From assembly GCA_965217775.1 (NCBI GenBank), contig CBDCJH010000002.1, positions 2,336,001 to 2,400,000 on the forward strand: 64,000 bases of DNA, in the 5' to 3' direction. Shown here piece after piece: positions 1-9,999 of this stretch. A program made the translations under genes and the position numbers. How positions within the stretch are numbered: position 1 is the stretch's first letter; every line of letters starts with the position of its first letter. The notes beneath the pieces were generated by a model. It worked only from the letters and a program-made list of their open reading frames with translations, was not told where the DNA came from and did no database searches. The DNA comes from Acidobacteriota bacterium (lineage in GTDB: Bacteria; Acidobacteriota; UBA6911; RPQK01; JAJDTT01).

Positions 1-2610
1 CGAGAGTTCGATCGGGCCATCAGCAGGTGGGTGGTGCGAGACAGCGAGGGGATCTGCTACCTCCTGACGGCCAGGAGGGGACCCGGGGGACGGGCCGGCT
101 TCGCACTTCGAATCTCAAAAAACACCAGACCTCGATCCCTGGAGGATTTTCTTCCCCCGGCCGACCTCGTCCCTCCCCGGAGTGCCCAAGAATCGATGGA
201 CTGCGCCGGCATGGCTCTTGATGGCGCCGGACGTCTTCATTTTGTCTGGAGCACTGAAAAGGGTCTTTCCGGTTACAGCTTGATGAGCCTGGATCGACTC
301 AAGAGACGCCTGAAGGCTGGAGAGGAGCCACCCTGGGTGAATCCAGCCGACGGGACGCCGGGAGCGCTGATTCTGGCTGAGGCGGCTTCGCTCGTGGGTG
401 ACATCAGGCAGGCGCCCAATGGCGACGTCTGGCTGGCATGGACGGCCGGGGCGGGCGACGACGTCTCCCTCCACCTGGGGAGCACAAGGGGTGGAAAATG
501 GGAAGCTTTCGAAGTCGCGGCCGGAGACAGCCATGCTCCACCCGCGCTTCTCATTGACAGCGGGGGGCGCTTTCACCTGGCGTGGCATAACCGGGAAGGG
601 CGTGGTTTCTATCTCAGCAAAGAGCCTTCGGATCTGCAAGAGACGCTCAAAGGGTCTGCCGTTGAAACCCGGACCTCCTCTTCCGTGCCCGCCGGACCCT
701 GGAGGCTCTGGGCCTATCGGCCGGCCCTGGTGGAGACACCCGCTGGAATACTGGCGGTCCATGAGAGCGGAACCGCGGAGTTGAGATCCGTGTTTCCAGG
801 GGGCGAAAAAAAGCAACACTTTCCTCTTACCGGTGAGGACGAAAGGTTCGCGTGGGATTTCTGTCACTCGCCCCGGTTTGCCCTCGACCGCTACGGCATC
901 CCCTGGGTTTTCTTCATCAACGGCACCCGTCAGCACGTGTTTTACGCCCGCTGGCTGGAAAAGCAGTGGAGTCCGGTCTTGAACGCCTACTGGCTCACGC
1001 GCAATACGCCCAGAATGGATGAAAATCATCTCTCCATCGAGCGGCTGGCGGTGGAGGAGAGAATGGCTGACGAGGCTGAGGGGATCGGCGTCTCCATTAC
1101 CCATGAAAGCCGGTTTCCCCAGACGGCCTATCACACGATGCCGGTCCCGTCTCTAACGGCCACACCCGGAACCACCGTCTTGTTTTTGGACCTGAAGGAG
1201 TTGAAAGCGCTGGACGGTCTGCGCCTGAAGGTCAATGAGGCCACGAAATACGAGGGAAACCCGGTGATCGGGAGGGGAGCAGCCGGTGATTTTGATGCCG
1301 GGGGAGCCTCGCAATTGGGCGTCCTGAAAGAGAACGGCGTGTATCGAATGTGGTATTCGGGGGTCTTCCGCGAGCCCGGGTCCAAGTGGCCCGAGTCGGG
1401 CCCCGTACCCATGCGGCGGATCGGTTACGCGGAGAGTCAGGACGGTTACGATTTCGAGAAAGTCGATCTGGGGATGGTTCCCTTTGGAGGCCGGGAGCGT
1501 ACGAATCTGGTTCCGGGACTTCCCCCGGCCCCGGTTTACAAGCCCATTTTTGCGGGCGGAATCCATCGTGACGCCCACGAGGCGGACCCGGCGAAAAGGT
1601 ACAAACTGCTGAAGTGGGACCGGGATCCCGTCGAAGAATCGAGTGCGCCGCACCTGCCGGAGAGGCAGCGCTGGACCCTGTTCACCTCACCTGACGGAAT
1701 CCAGTGGAGACAGCAGGTGGCAGGAAACATCTCCTTTCCTGCCGGTCAGCCCGGTTCTTTCGTGCCGATGTCCCTTTTCTTCGACGAGGCGGAACAAGAT
1801 CCGGGAAAGAGGTACAAGGCTTACGGTTTCACTTCTCTGAACATCAGCCGCCGCGGGGGCGCCTACGGCTACAGCCCGGATGCCGTTCACTGGACGGGGC
1901 ATCCTCAGAACCCCATTTTTGACCCCTTTGCCCGAAGCATACCCGTCGTGAGAAGCGGAAAGGTGGAACAGATCCATGATGCGGTGGTGTGGAAGCGCCA
2001 CGGCTACTACCTGGCCCTGTATCAATACCAGCACAGCGGTACGAACATGGATGTGGAACTGGCCGCGAGCCGTGACGGAGAGTACTTCGTATTCATCCAG
2101 CCCGGCGAGAAGGTGATCACTCGCGGCGCTCCGGACGCCTGGGACTCGGACATGGTCGCACCGTCCGTGCCCCTGGTGGATGGCGAAGATATCAAGTTGT
2201 ACTACGGAGGCTGGCGCAGTTCGCCCTGGGCGGAAGGACAGCCCTCAGGGGGCGTGGCTACGCTGAGACTGGACGGTTTTACCCATCTGGAGTTGGTGAA
2301 GGACCGGGCTCGAGGGAGTCTTACCACCATTCCCATCGGCCCCGGCACCGCTTCTGAACTTTACGTGAACGCCGACTGCAGCGAGGGCGGCTTTCTGCAA
2401 GTCGAGCTGATCGACCCCGCCTCGGGACGGCCCCTGCCGGGGTATTCCAGAGAGGAGAGTCCCCGGTTCGAGGGGGACTCGTTGGCTTGGAGAGTCGAAT
2501 GGGAGCAAGGAAGAAGCCTCGATAGGCTGAAGGGGGATTCGTTCCAGATCAAGTTCCATCTGGCCGCCACCGGGGGATCCCCCAAACTCTATTCATTTAG
2601 TTTGAAGTAG
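1..2610 (+). CDS. Large beta-propeller glycoside-hydrolase-like protein (GH32/GH43/GH130 clan-like), 5' partial
   Basis: Frame is open from base 1. Repeated blade motifs YRMWYSG...IGYAESQDG, FTSPDGIQW, YSPDAVHW, LAASRDG, and a C-terminal ATLRLDGF...KLYSF beta-sandwich. Confidence 0.7.
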   Translation, partial: REFDRAISRWVVRDSEGICYLLTARRGPGGRAGFALRISKNTRPRSLEDFLPPADLVPPRSAQESMDCAGMALDGAGRLHFVWSTEKGLSGYSLMSLDRLKRRLKAGEEPPWVNPADGTPGALILAEAASLVGDIRQAPNGDVWLAWTAGAGDDVSLHLGSTRGGKWEAFEVAAGDSHAPPALLIDSGGRFHLAWHNREGRGFYLSKEPSDLQETLKGSAVETRTSSSVPAGPWRLWAYRPALVETPAGILAVHESGTAELRSVFPGGEKKQHFPLTGEDERFAWDFCHSPRFALDRYGIPWVFFINGTRQHVFYARWLEKQWSPVLNAYWLTRNTPRMDENHLSIERLAVEERMADEAEGIGVSITHESRFPQTAYHTMPVPSLTATPGTTVLFLDLKELKALDGLRLKVNEATKYEGNPVIGRGAAGDFDAGGASQLGVLKENGVYRMWYSGVFREPGSKWPESGPVPMRRIGYAESQDGYDFEKVDLGMVPFGGRERTNLVPGLPPAPVYKPIFAGGIHRDAHEADPAKRYKLLKWDRDPVEESSAPHLPERQRWTLFTSPDGIQWRQQVAGNISFPAGQPGSFVPMSLFFDEAEQDPGKRYKAYGFTSLNISRRGGAYGYSPDAVHWTGHPQNPIFDPFARSIPVVRSGKVEQIHDAVVWKRHGYYLALYQYQHSGTNMDVELAASRDGEYFVFIQPGEKVITRGAPDAWDSDMVAPSVPLVDGEDIKLYYGGWRSSPWAEGQPSGGVATLRLDGFTHLELVKDRARGSLTTIPIGPGTASELYVNADCSEGGFLQVELIDPASGRPLPGYSREESPRFEGDSLAWRVEWEQGRSLDRLKGDSFQIKFHLAATGGSPKLYSFSLK

Positions 2611-2614
2611 CACA

Positions 2615-4288
2615 ATGAAAACGTCCCGGGATCTCAAATGGGGGGCGAAAGCCATGGCCCCTTCATGTCAGATATGGATTCTCCGTCGACTTCTGATTGC
2701 TCTTCTCCTGTCCGGTCTGCTGAAGGTTCCGATCCAGGCTGGAGCCCAGGAGAACGAGTCCCGGAAGTCCCCGCCTCAGGGTCAGCTCAAAGAGGAGGCG
2801 GAAGACTACTTTCGACGCTGGTTGGACGAGGACGTCGTCTACGTTATCTCCAAGCAAGAGCGTGCAGTCTTCGAGAGTCTGACCGCCCCGGAAGAGAAGG
2901 AACAGTTCATCGAACAGTTCTGGTTTCAAAGAGATCCGGATCCGCGCAGTGCCGCCAACGAGTTCAAGGAAGAACACTATCGCCGGATCGCCTATGCCAA
3001 CGAGAGATTCGCCAGCGGCTTTCCCGGATGGATGAACGATCGAGGCCGCATCTACATCATCCACGGACCACCCGACGAGATCGAAGCGCACCCTTCCGGC
3101 GGGAGGTATGAGCGACCCCTTGAAGAGGGGGGAGGAACCACCGTAGCGCATCCGTTTGAAGTCTGGAGGTACCGCTTCGTAGAAGGCCTTGGCTCCGATG
3201 TCATCCTGGAGTTCGTAGACCCTTCATGGAGTGGGGAATACCGGCTCGCCCTCAACCCCGACGAGAAGGACGCCCTGCTCAATGTGGCCGGCGCAGGCAA
3301 TACGATCGCTGAAATGATTCAGCGCGACGAATCCTTGGAAGGGACGACCTTCACGTCGCCCGGAAACGCCAATCTCCGAAGCTTTCGATCCCGGGACACC
3401 GCCTTCGACCGCTATGAAACGTTTACTAAGATCCGGCATGCCAAGCCCCTCAAGCATCGTGATCTGAAACGCCTCGTGGAGATCGACGTCACCTACCAGG
3501 ACCTTCCCTTTTCTCACCGGGTCGATTATTTCGGCCTCGACGAGACGCGCTCACTCGTACCCGTAAGTGTCGAAATCCACGATCGTGAACTCACATTCGG
3601 TGAGGAAGAGCATGGAAGGCGGGCCCGCATGGCGGTCTATGGAATCGTAACCAATTTGTCGAATCGGATTGTGGACGAATTCGAAGCGGATCTGGTGAGC
3701 GATTATCGGGCCCGGACCGCCCGCTCCGTCTATCAAAGAGTTCTGGTGCTGGAACGAAAGGGCCGCTACAAGCTGGACCTGATCATCAAGGATCTCATCA
3801 GTGGGCGTGTCGGTGTACGCCGTCTGGTATTGATTCCACCGCCTCACCGGTCTGAGCTATCAGTCAGCTCGATTCTGCTCTCGAATCGAATCACACGACT
3901 GGAGAGCGCCCCGGAGCGCCATGCGATGTTTGTTCTGGGGGACTTGCACATTCGACCGAGCCTCGACAAAGTCTTCCGGCCCTCAGAGAATCTCAACTTT
4001 TATCTCCAGGTGTACAACGTTGCCCTGGATCAGACCGCAATGAGGCCCTCGCTGAGGGTCGCGTACCGGGTGGCAAATGACGGACACCCCGTCGCGCAGT
4101 TCATCGACATAATTGGTAAGTCGATGCAATATCTCTCCGAGCAGAGAGTCGTGCTGGTCCTGCCCATCTCCCTTCAGAGCTTTGAGCCGGGAAGCTATGA
4201 GATCACCGTGACGGTGAAGGATCTGATCCAGGAAAAAGAAGTTCGAGTCTCCGAGAGCTTTGAGGTGGCCGCAGGGGCCGGTCGCTGA
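2615..4288 (+). CDS. GWxTD domain-containing protein
   Basis: WLDEDVVYVIS...FIEQFW...RDPDP...NEFKEEHYRRIAYANERF...GWMNDRGRIYIIHGPPDEIE; N-terminal signal-like hydrophobic stretch. True start may be slightly downstream. Confidence 0.85.
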   Translation: MKTSRDLKWGAKAMAPSCQIWILRRLLIALLLSGLLKVPIQAGAQENESRKSPPQGQLKEEAEDYFRRWLDEDVVYVISKQERAVFESLTAPEEKEQFIEQFWFQRDPDPRSAANEFKEEHYRRIAYANERFASGFPGWMNDRGRIYIIHGPPDEIEAHPSGGRYERPLEEGGGTTVAHPFEVWRYRFVEGLGSDVILEFVDPSWSGEYRLALNPDEKDALLNVAGAGNTIAEMIQRDESLEGTTFTSPGNANLRSFRSRDTAFDRYETFTKIRHAKPLKHRDLKRLVEIDVTYQDLPFSHRVDYFGLDETRSLVPVSVEIHDRELTFGEEEHGRRARMAVYGIVTNLSNRIVDEFEADLVSDYRARTARSVYQRVLVLERKGRYKLDLIIKDLISGRVGVRRLVLIPPPHRSELSVSSILLSNRITRLESAPERHAMFVLGDLHIRPSLDKVFRPSENLNFYLQVYNVALDQTAMRPSLRVAYRVANDGHPVAQFIDIIGKSMQYLSEQRVVLVLPISLQSFEPGSYEITVTVKDLIQEKEVRVSESFEVAAGAGR

Positions 4289-4471
4289 GAGGGCCCCCGG
4301 ACCCGTTCTCAAACCTCTCCCCTGCCTGACCAGACTGAAGACTCAAGGACGGGCCACTTCCTGAGCTACTTTTCCATGTAGCGCGGACCGCTCAAATACG
4401 GTCAGGAATTGAAAGGCTTTAATGCTATCGTGTCTCTCAAATAGTCGATAACGACGAACCCGGAGAGGACG

Positions 4472-6226
4472 ATGCCTGCCCGGAGACCAGCCCGAATCCC
4501 CGTTGTAGGCGCAACTCTCACTCTCACGGCTTCACTGCTCACAGGCTGTGTCGCGGACCCCGGCCTGGAGGAGCACGGTGCCGGACAGGATGTACCCAGC
4601 CTGGAGATTTTCAAGTACCCGAGCCCCGTCCTCGATAATGGACCGCCCGGCTCGTATGACGAGGGCTACCTGGGCGAGCCCTGTGTGCAGTTGGTCGATG
4701 GCATCTACGAGATGTGGTATGAAGCCATCGAATATCCCCCCTATGACGCCGGACACCGGTGGACTATCGCCTATGCCTCCTCCCGCGACGGAGTTCACTG
4801 GGTCAAGGATCCTGCTCGACGCTTTCTCCCCAACCCGGACTACCCCTGGTGCAACAAGGAGGTGTTAGAGCCTTGGGGCTTCAAGCAGGGGGGACTCTAC
4901 CGGATGTACTTTTCGGCCAACGGCATCGAGCAGATCGGCTACGCCGACAGCCCGGACGGTACTCACTGGAAGAATTACCGTCTGGTCCTGGGTGCGGCGC
5001 AACTGGAGGGAAAGAAGATCAACGGCCTGCCGATTCTCACTGCCGGCGAACCTTCCGTCGTTGAACGGCCTGAAGGGGGCTACATCATGTACTTTCAGGC
5101 CGAGACTTCCGGTAACTTCGACCACATCGGCTATGCCGTCTCCCCTGACGGACTAGACTTTACCGTTCCCGCCGATGGGGATGGCAACCATACTCCTGCC
5201 TGGAATGCCCGCGACGCCTGGCAGCCGGCCCGCGGGTTGGCCGGTCCCTGCGTCGTCCGGCATGGAGGTTTGTATTATCTGTTCTGCAGCACCTGGTCGG
5301 CGCCTTACAATCTAGGGTATGCCGTTTCCCGGGACGGACTCGACTTTGCGCCCGGGACGGCGAATCCCCTGGCAGCGACGACTCCCTTCAGTTGGGATAA
5401 CTGGGCAACCTACGAGCCAGGCGTCTTGATCCTGCCGGACGGCCGGGTTCAGATGTGGTGGAACGGGGTACGGGAACGGGGAGGTCGGGCCAACGCCAGG
5501 TACGTGGGTGCCATCGGCTACGGCTTCGGATACCTTGATGGCTCACCCTCCGACAGTCTGGTCTGTCACTGGCCTCTGGATGAAGCCGGGGGCAGCCATT
5601 TGGAAGACAAAACAGCGTTTGGGCACCGGGGCCGGAACGAGGGTGCCGTGGTGGGACGACCGGGTGCCCGTCCAGAGACGGGAAGGGCCTACGAGTTCGA
5701 CGGTCAGGACGACTTTTTGTGGTCGCACCACCTGCCGCTTCTTGGGCGCGCAAGCTTCAGGATCTCGTTTTATCTGTGGCCGGGCGACGTGAGCCGCCCA
5801 CAGGCTCTGGTGAGCAAGTCCAACGTGGAAGGGATGTTTTCGGGCTTTCCGAGCCGGGAATGGCGTATCGGGATCGACGGCCGGGGACGGCCTTTCTTCG
5901 AGGTGGGAAGGTCAGACGCTGCCGATGGCTTTACTCGATGTCGGGGTTCCCGACCAGTTGTCTTGCACGAGTGGCAGCACCTCCGGGCGGAATACAGTGA
6001 AGAGGCCGCCAAGATCAGCCTGTATCTGGACGGGCAGCTCGTTGCAGCGGCGCCTCACCCGGGCGGAAGGAGAACGGGCCGTTCCATTCTCTCGATGGGA
6101 GCGGAGCTGGATTTTCAGAAGCCCGTCCAAAACAGAGCGCCATTGAGCCGGGACCTGACCCACGACATGGGCAGGTTTTTCAAAGGCGCTCTGGATGACT
6201 TCCGCTTCTACGCATCCGCTCGATGA
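4472..6226 (+). CDS. Lipoprotein: beta-propeller hydrolase-like domain plus C-terminal LamG/concanavalin-like domain
   Basis: Lipobox LLTGC; blades YASSRDGVHW, YADSPDGTHW, YAVSPDG; LamG motifs HWPLDE, LYLDGQL, FKGALDDFRFY; GGAGAGG RBS. Confidence 0.75.
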   Translation: MPARRPARIPVVGATLTLTASLLTGCVADPGLEEHGAGQDVPSLEIFKYPSPVLDNGPPGSYDEGYLGEPCVQLVDGIYEMWYEAIEYPPYDAGHRWTIAYASSRDGVHWVKDPARRFLPNPDYPWCNKEVLEPWGFKQGGLYRMYFSANGIEQIGYADSPDGTHWKNYRLVLGAAQLEGKKINGLPILTAGEPSVVERPEGGYIMYFQAETSGNFDHIGYAVSPDGLDFTVPADGDGNHTPAWNARDAWQPARGLAGPCVVRHGGLYYLFCSTWSAPYNLGYAVSRDGLDFAPGTANPLAATTPFSWDNWATYEPGVLILPDGRVQMWWNGVRERGGRANARYVGAIGYGFGYLDGSPSDSLVCHWPLDEAGGSHLEDKTAFGHRGRNEGAVVGRPGARPETGRAYEFDGQDDFLWSHHLPLLGRASFRISFYLWPGDVSRPQALVSKSNVEGMFSGFPSREWRIGIDGRGRPFFEVGRSDAADGFTRCRGSRPVVLHEWQHLRAEYSEEAAKISLYLDGQLVAAAPHPGGRRTGRSILSMGAELDFQKPVQNRAPLSRDLTHDMGRFFKGALDDFRFYASAR

Positions 6227-6234
6227 GTCTCTCT

Positions 6235-7245
6235 TCAACCCACCAGCTCCGCCACCCCGATTCCAGCAAAGCGATTCCCGTCATAGAACATGTAGGTGTG
6301 TTCCGCAGAGTGCCAAATGGAGGGATAGCAGGTCATTTCGCTGTCCCAGCCCGACTCGCTGACCTCGAGAACCGGGTCGGGCCACCACTTCCATCGTATT
6401 CCGTCCGGACTCTCGGCATAGTGAACTCGGTAGAGACGGCGCTGGTCTTCTACGACGCTGAACCACATTCGAAAGCCGCTCCCGGTCTTCTCCACGAAAG
6501 GCTTGGAACAGGTTGAAAAGTAGGAATCAAGCCGGGGCGGAATACTGATCAGCGCCCCCGCGGGATGTGGCCTGAAGGTATGGCCCCCGTCGTTTGAAAC
6601 GGCAAGGGCAATGGAAATCTTGCTGTGCGTCTCGGGCCAGCGCACGACCGCCGTGTACCACATCCAATACTGCGAACCGACCTTCATGACGGCGCAGGAA
6701 CCAGTGCCGTGCTCGTCGCAGGAAAAGGGCCTTCCCAATTCCAGCAGGGCCCGGCCGCTGCGTTTCCAGGTCAGGCCGGCGTCGTCGCTCTCGGCCAGAG
6801 TGGTCCGATAGGCTTTGAACCTGCCGAAGGGGTGATAGTCTCCGCCCCAGCCACAGTAATACAGGTGCCAGTGTTTCTCGGTGACGGGCACCACCCAGGG
6901 ATAACTCACCCAGTGGGAATCGATCGACCCGGGCGCACCGAAGTCCAAGAGCGGCTGGTTCGAAGCTTTCCTCCAACTCAGGGGATCGGAAATGTCAGCT
7001 TCCGCAAGGCCGATTCGCCTCCGCTGACCCTCGATGCTCATGTAGTACATGCGCAGTTGATCGCCGGACTGGATGACGTGAGGAGCGGACGGGCGCCGGT
7101 CCCAGCCACCTTCATCTCCGTCGGGAAAAATGAGCTTCAGTTTCCTCCACCTCTGGCCCTGAAAGTGGGTTGACAGACTCATCCCGGTCCTCGCCCCCAG
7201 CAGAGGCGGCAACGTCGTTGCATAGAGGAACTTACGCCGGTTCAT
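6235..7245 (-). CDS. Tat-exported beta-propeller hydrolase-like protein
   Basis: Start placed at MNRRKFL (twin-arginine signal); blades LAESDDAGLTW, AVSNDGG, YAESPDGIRW. Confidence 0.7.
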   Translation of the reverse strand: MNRRKFLYATTLPPLLGARTGMSLSTHFQGQRWRKLKLIFPDGDEGGWDRRPSAPHVIQSGDQLRMYYMSIEGQRRRIGLAEADISDPLSWRKASNQPLLDFGAPGSIDSHWVSYPWVVPVTEKHWHLYYCGWGGDYHPFGRFKAYRTTLAESDDAGLTWKRSGRALLELGRPFSCDEHGTGSCAVMKVGSQYWMWYTAVVRWPETHSKISIALAVSNDGGHTFRPHPAGALISIPPRLDSYFSTCSKPFVEKTGSGFRMWFSVVEDQRRLYRVHYAESPDGIRWKWWPDPVLEVSESGWDSEMTCYPSIWHSAEHTYMFYDGNRFAGIGVAELVG

Positions 7246-7543
7246 GTCGATTATTGGTGACCTCCATCGCCTCAATCCCTTTCCTTGCTTCCGCAAGCCG
7301 CCGGTGAGCCTCGGGGGCAGCGCACGCCCCCGAATTTCTCACCCAGTCGCTGAGTGTCTGAAGTAAACGTTAGTTTCTTCAGGTACTTACGGCTATTTTG
7401 CGGCAGCCTCCCGGGGACAGACAGCACTGGGCGCGCCCTCGCCGGTCTTTTTGCCCTCAGCCTGCACATGCTCGCTCAAACGTAGCACCCGCCGAGGAAG
7501 AAAATCCTGCGCGATCATCGCGCCCACTGGTGAGAGATTCGGA

Positions 7544-8098
7544 CTACAGCTTCCGGATGGGGTCGCCGACCCGGACCTGCCCCGCCTCCACCACGAAGAC
7601 GTAGCATCCGCGCAGACGGAGGTCCTTCGTACCGGGTCCGTTGACGAACTTCAGGGCGTCGACGCCGTAACGGCTCGAGAATTTCTTGCAGCCCGTGTGC
7701 GGCAACTCCGAGACCTCCACCAACGCCTCGCCGATCCGGAACCGGGTGCCGACGGGGAGATTCTCAGCGGTGAGGTTCATATCCACCGCCAGATTGTCTC
7801 CCGACAGGGACCAGCGATCGCGGCTGCCGGCGATGAGGGAAAGGAGGCGCGAATTGATGAGGGTCAACTGCACCTTGGGATCGGGGCTGCCGTCGGGAAG
7901 TTTTCGCCAGCAGGTCTTTTGCCAGCGGTCCCCTTCCAGGCCCCCCTCAGGTGAGAGCCGGGCTTCGCTCAAAGACTTCCGGAGGTTCGTGGCCGGACAG
8001 GCGGTGATGGCCTCCAGCCTGCCCTCCTGGCGGGGAGCCGCCAGAATGGAATCCAGCTCCTCCTGCAGTCGATCCAGAGTGGCAAATTGTTGCGTCAT
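7544..8098 (-). CDS. MOSC domain protein
   Basis: GLEGDRW, GDNL, NLPVGTRFRIGEALVEVS, PHTGCKKF, LRGCY...V...G.VRVGD motifs. Confidence 0.85.
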   Translation of the reverse strand: MTQQFATLDRLQEELDSILAAPRQEGRLEAITACPATNLRKSLSEARLSPEGGLEGDRWQKTCWRKLPDGSPDPKVQLTLINSRLLSLIAGSRDRWSLSGDNLAVDMNLTAENLPVGTRFRIGEALVEVSELPHTGCKKFSSRYGVDALKFVNGPGTKDLRLRGCYVFVVEAGQVRVGDPIRKL

Positions 8099-8170
8099 CG
8101 TTTTCCTCCGCTCCGCCGCCGGCTGGGTGACGTCCGCCGGGAAAGGGCTGAATGCGGTGCCGTAGCGCCG

Positions 8171-9679
8171 CTATTTGATCTGGAAGGAGTAGAGCCGGGC
8201 GCGGCTGTAGACGAACTTGAGCCGGATCGGACCCGTCAGTCCGCTCAAGTCTCCGCCTTCCCAGCTCACCGTCCGGTAGACGCCCTCTTCCTCGCTCAAC
8301 TTCGAATCCGCAGCGGCAAATCCCGGGATGGTCGTGCCGCTCCGGTCCTGGAGCTCGACCCGCAGGTAGCCGTTGTTGTCCGGGTCGTCGTTGAAGATGT
8401 CCTTCCAGGGCGCGTCCGCCCCTCCCTTGCCTCCCGCCAGCAACTCCACGTTGACCTTCAGGGTGCTCCCCTCGAAGTGGAGCGGATGAGTGGTCACGTG
8501 ACCCTCCGCGGTGGCATCCAGGGCGGCCCATCCGTCCTGCCGGATCTTCATCAGGCCGATCTGTCCCTTGTGTTCGGCCGCGGGGGCGTTGTGGAGGTTG
8601 TCGAACCCCGAGTAGTAGATCCAGACCTCTCCGTCATGGACCACGGGCGTCGAGATGGGAAACACCATCCCGCTGTCGAAGCTGCTCCCGTCGTAGCCAT
8701 TGACCTGGTAGCCCAGCACTATGAAGGGACGCCGGTAAACGGACCGCTCCCAGTTCACGCCGTCCCGGCTCGACGCCAACTGGGCGTCCATGGTCTGGAT
8801 GTCAGTATGGAAGACCCAGACCAACCCCAGATAGTGAGAGCCGTAAGGAAAGGCCGAAACCCCGTAGAATTCGGTGTGGGGCGGGTCGAACTCGTCCGGC
8901 TCCAGGACGAAGCGGCTGTCGCGCCAATGGATGAAGTCGTCGCTCACCAGCCGCGACACCTTGCGCGGTCCGCCGGGGCTGGTCTTGTGGTAGAGCCAGT
9001 ACTGTTTGGTGCCAGGATCCCGCATCAGGCCGAAGGTGTCGCCGCTGCCCCAGATGGGCACCACCGGATTGTTCTCGTAGTCGGTCCAGTTCAGACCGTC
9101 GGGCGAGAAGGCCACCCAGATGCCATGCTTGGGCCGGTCATGGGACTGCCAGTAGGCCAGCTTGTAGCGGCGGTTGGGGTCGGGGTCGTCCGGCTCCTTG
9201 AGGACCACGTGGTTCCAACTGACCCAATCGAGGACGATGTTGTTGGCCTTGGAACCGCGGAACTCCACCAGGCCCAGCTCGGGCTTCTCCCAGTGGATTC
9301 CGTCTTTGGAAGTGGCGTAACAGAGGAATTCGCGAATGTCGGTGTTCCTTGACTTGCCGAAGGTGTTGTACCAAATCTTGAAGATCTGCTCTTCTTCGTC
9401 GTAGATGGCGCTGCCCGGCTGCAGCACCAGGTAGCCTTCCCAGGGACGGTCCGGCTTGATGATGGGGTTTTCGGCGACCTTCCGGGGGCGGGTGTTGTAG
9501 GCCCCGGTCAGGGTCCGCCAGACCCGGTCGCTGTCGGCGATCAGGTGGTCGTCCACGAAAAGCTGCACTCTGGAATCGATCTCCCGCACCGGGCTCGGCT
9601 CCGCGGGCGCGCCCGGCTGGCACGACGGCAACAGGAGCAAGGACAGTGCCAAGAGCAGCAAACGATGGGAGTTCCGCAT
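8171..9679 (-). CDS. Lipoprotein, beta-propeller hydrolase-like (GH32-like)
   Basis: Lipobox LPSC; QLFVDDHLI, CYATSKDGIHWEKPELG, FSPDGLNW, SSRDGVNW, RQDGW, LYSF. Confidence 0.75.
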   Translation of the reverse strand: MRNSHRLLLLALSLLLLPSCQPGAPAEPSPVREIDSRVQLFVDDHLIADSDRVWRTLTGAYNTRPRKVAENPIIKPDRPWEGYLVLQPGSAIYDEEEQIFKIWYNTFGKSRNTDIREFLCYATSKDGIHWEKPELGLVEFRGSKANNIVLDWVSWNHVVLKEPDDPDPNRRYKLAYWQSHDRPKHGIWVAFSPDGLNWTDYENNPVVPIWGSGDTFGLMRDPGTKQYWLYHKTSPGGPRKVSRLVSDDFIHWRDSRFVLEPDEFDPPHTEFYGVSAFPYGSHYLGLVWVFHTDIQTMDAQLASSRDGVNWERSVYRRPFIVLGYQVNGYDGSSFDSGMVFPISTPVVHDGEVWIYYSGFDNLHNAPAAEHKGQIGLMKIRQDGWAALDATAEGHVTTHPLHFEGSTLKVNVELLAGGKGGADAPWKDIFNDDPDNNGYLRVELQDRSGTTIPGFAAADSKLSEEEGVYRTVSWEGGDLSGLTGPIRLKFVYSRARLYSFQIK

Positions 9680-9749
9680 AAAACACCCTCCTCAAGGTTC
9701 TCGGTTTCCGCCCGAATTCTTGGGTCCGACCCTGGAAAAGTCAAGGAGC

Positions 9750-9835
9750 GGGAGCGGCGGCTTTCTTGCCGCCGATTGGGAGCGGCGGTTTCCAGCCGCC
9801 GATTGGGAGCGGCGGTTTCTAGCCGCCGAACTCCC
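9750..9835. repeat. Three tandem REP-like palindromes, GGGAGCGGCGG(C/T)TTyyAGCCGCCGA
   Basis: Units at 9750-9777, 9778-9804 and 9805-9830, each a CGGCGG...CCGCCG hairpin; related copies at 14402-14429, 29231-29255 (inverted) and 31437-31461 (inverted). Confidence 0.8.
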
Positions 9836-9999
9836 AGGGGAGCAAGGGGGCAGGAGAGTCTGGGGAAATGGAAAGAGGGGGCGACTGGAAATCGCCCCTC
9901 CAAATCGCCCCTCCAACGCGCCCCTACATTTTCCGTGGAAGCAAAAAAAGTAGAGGTGTTCGCCGACGGGGTGATGGTCTAGCATAGGCCCTTCGCCCC

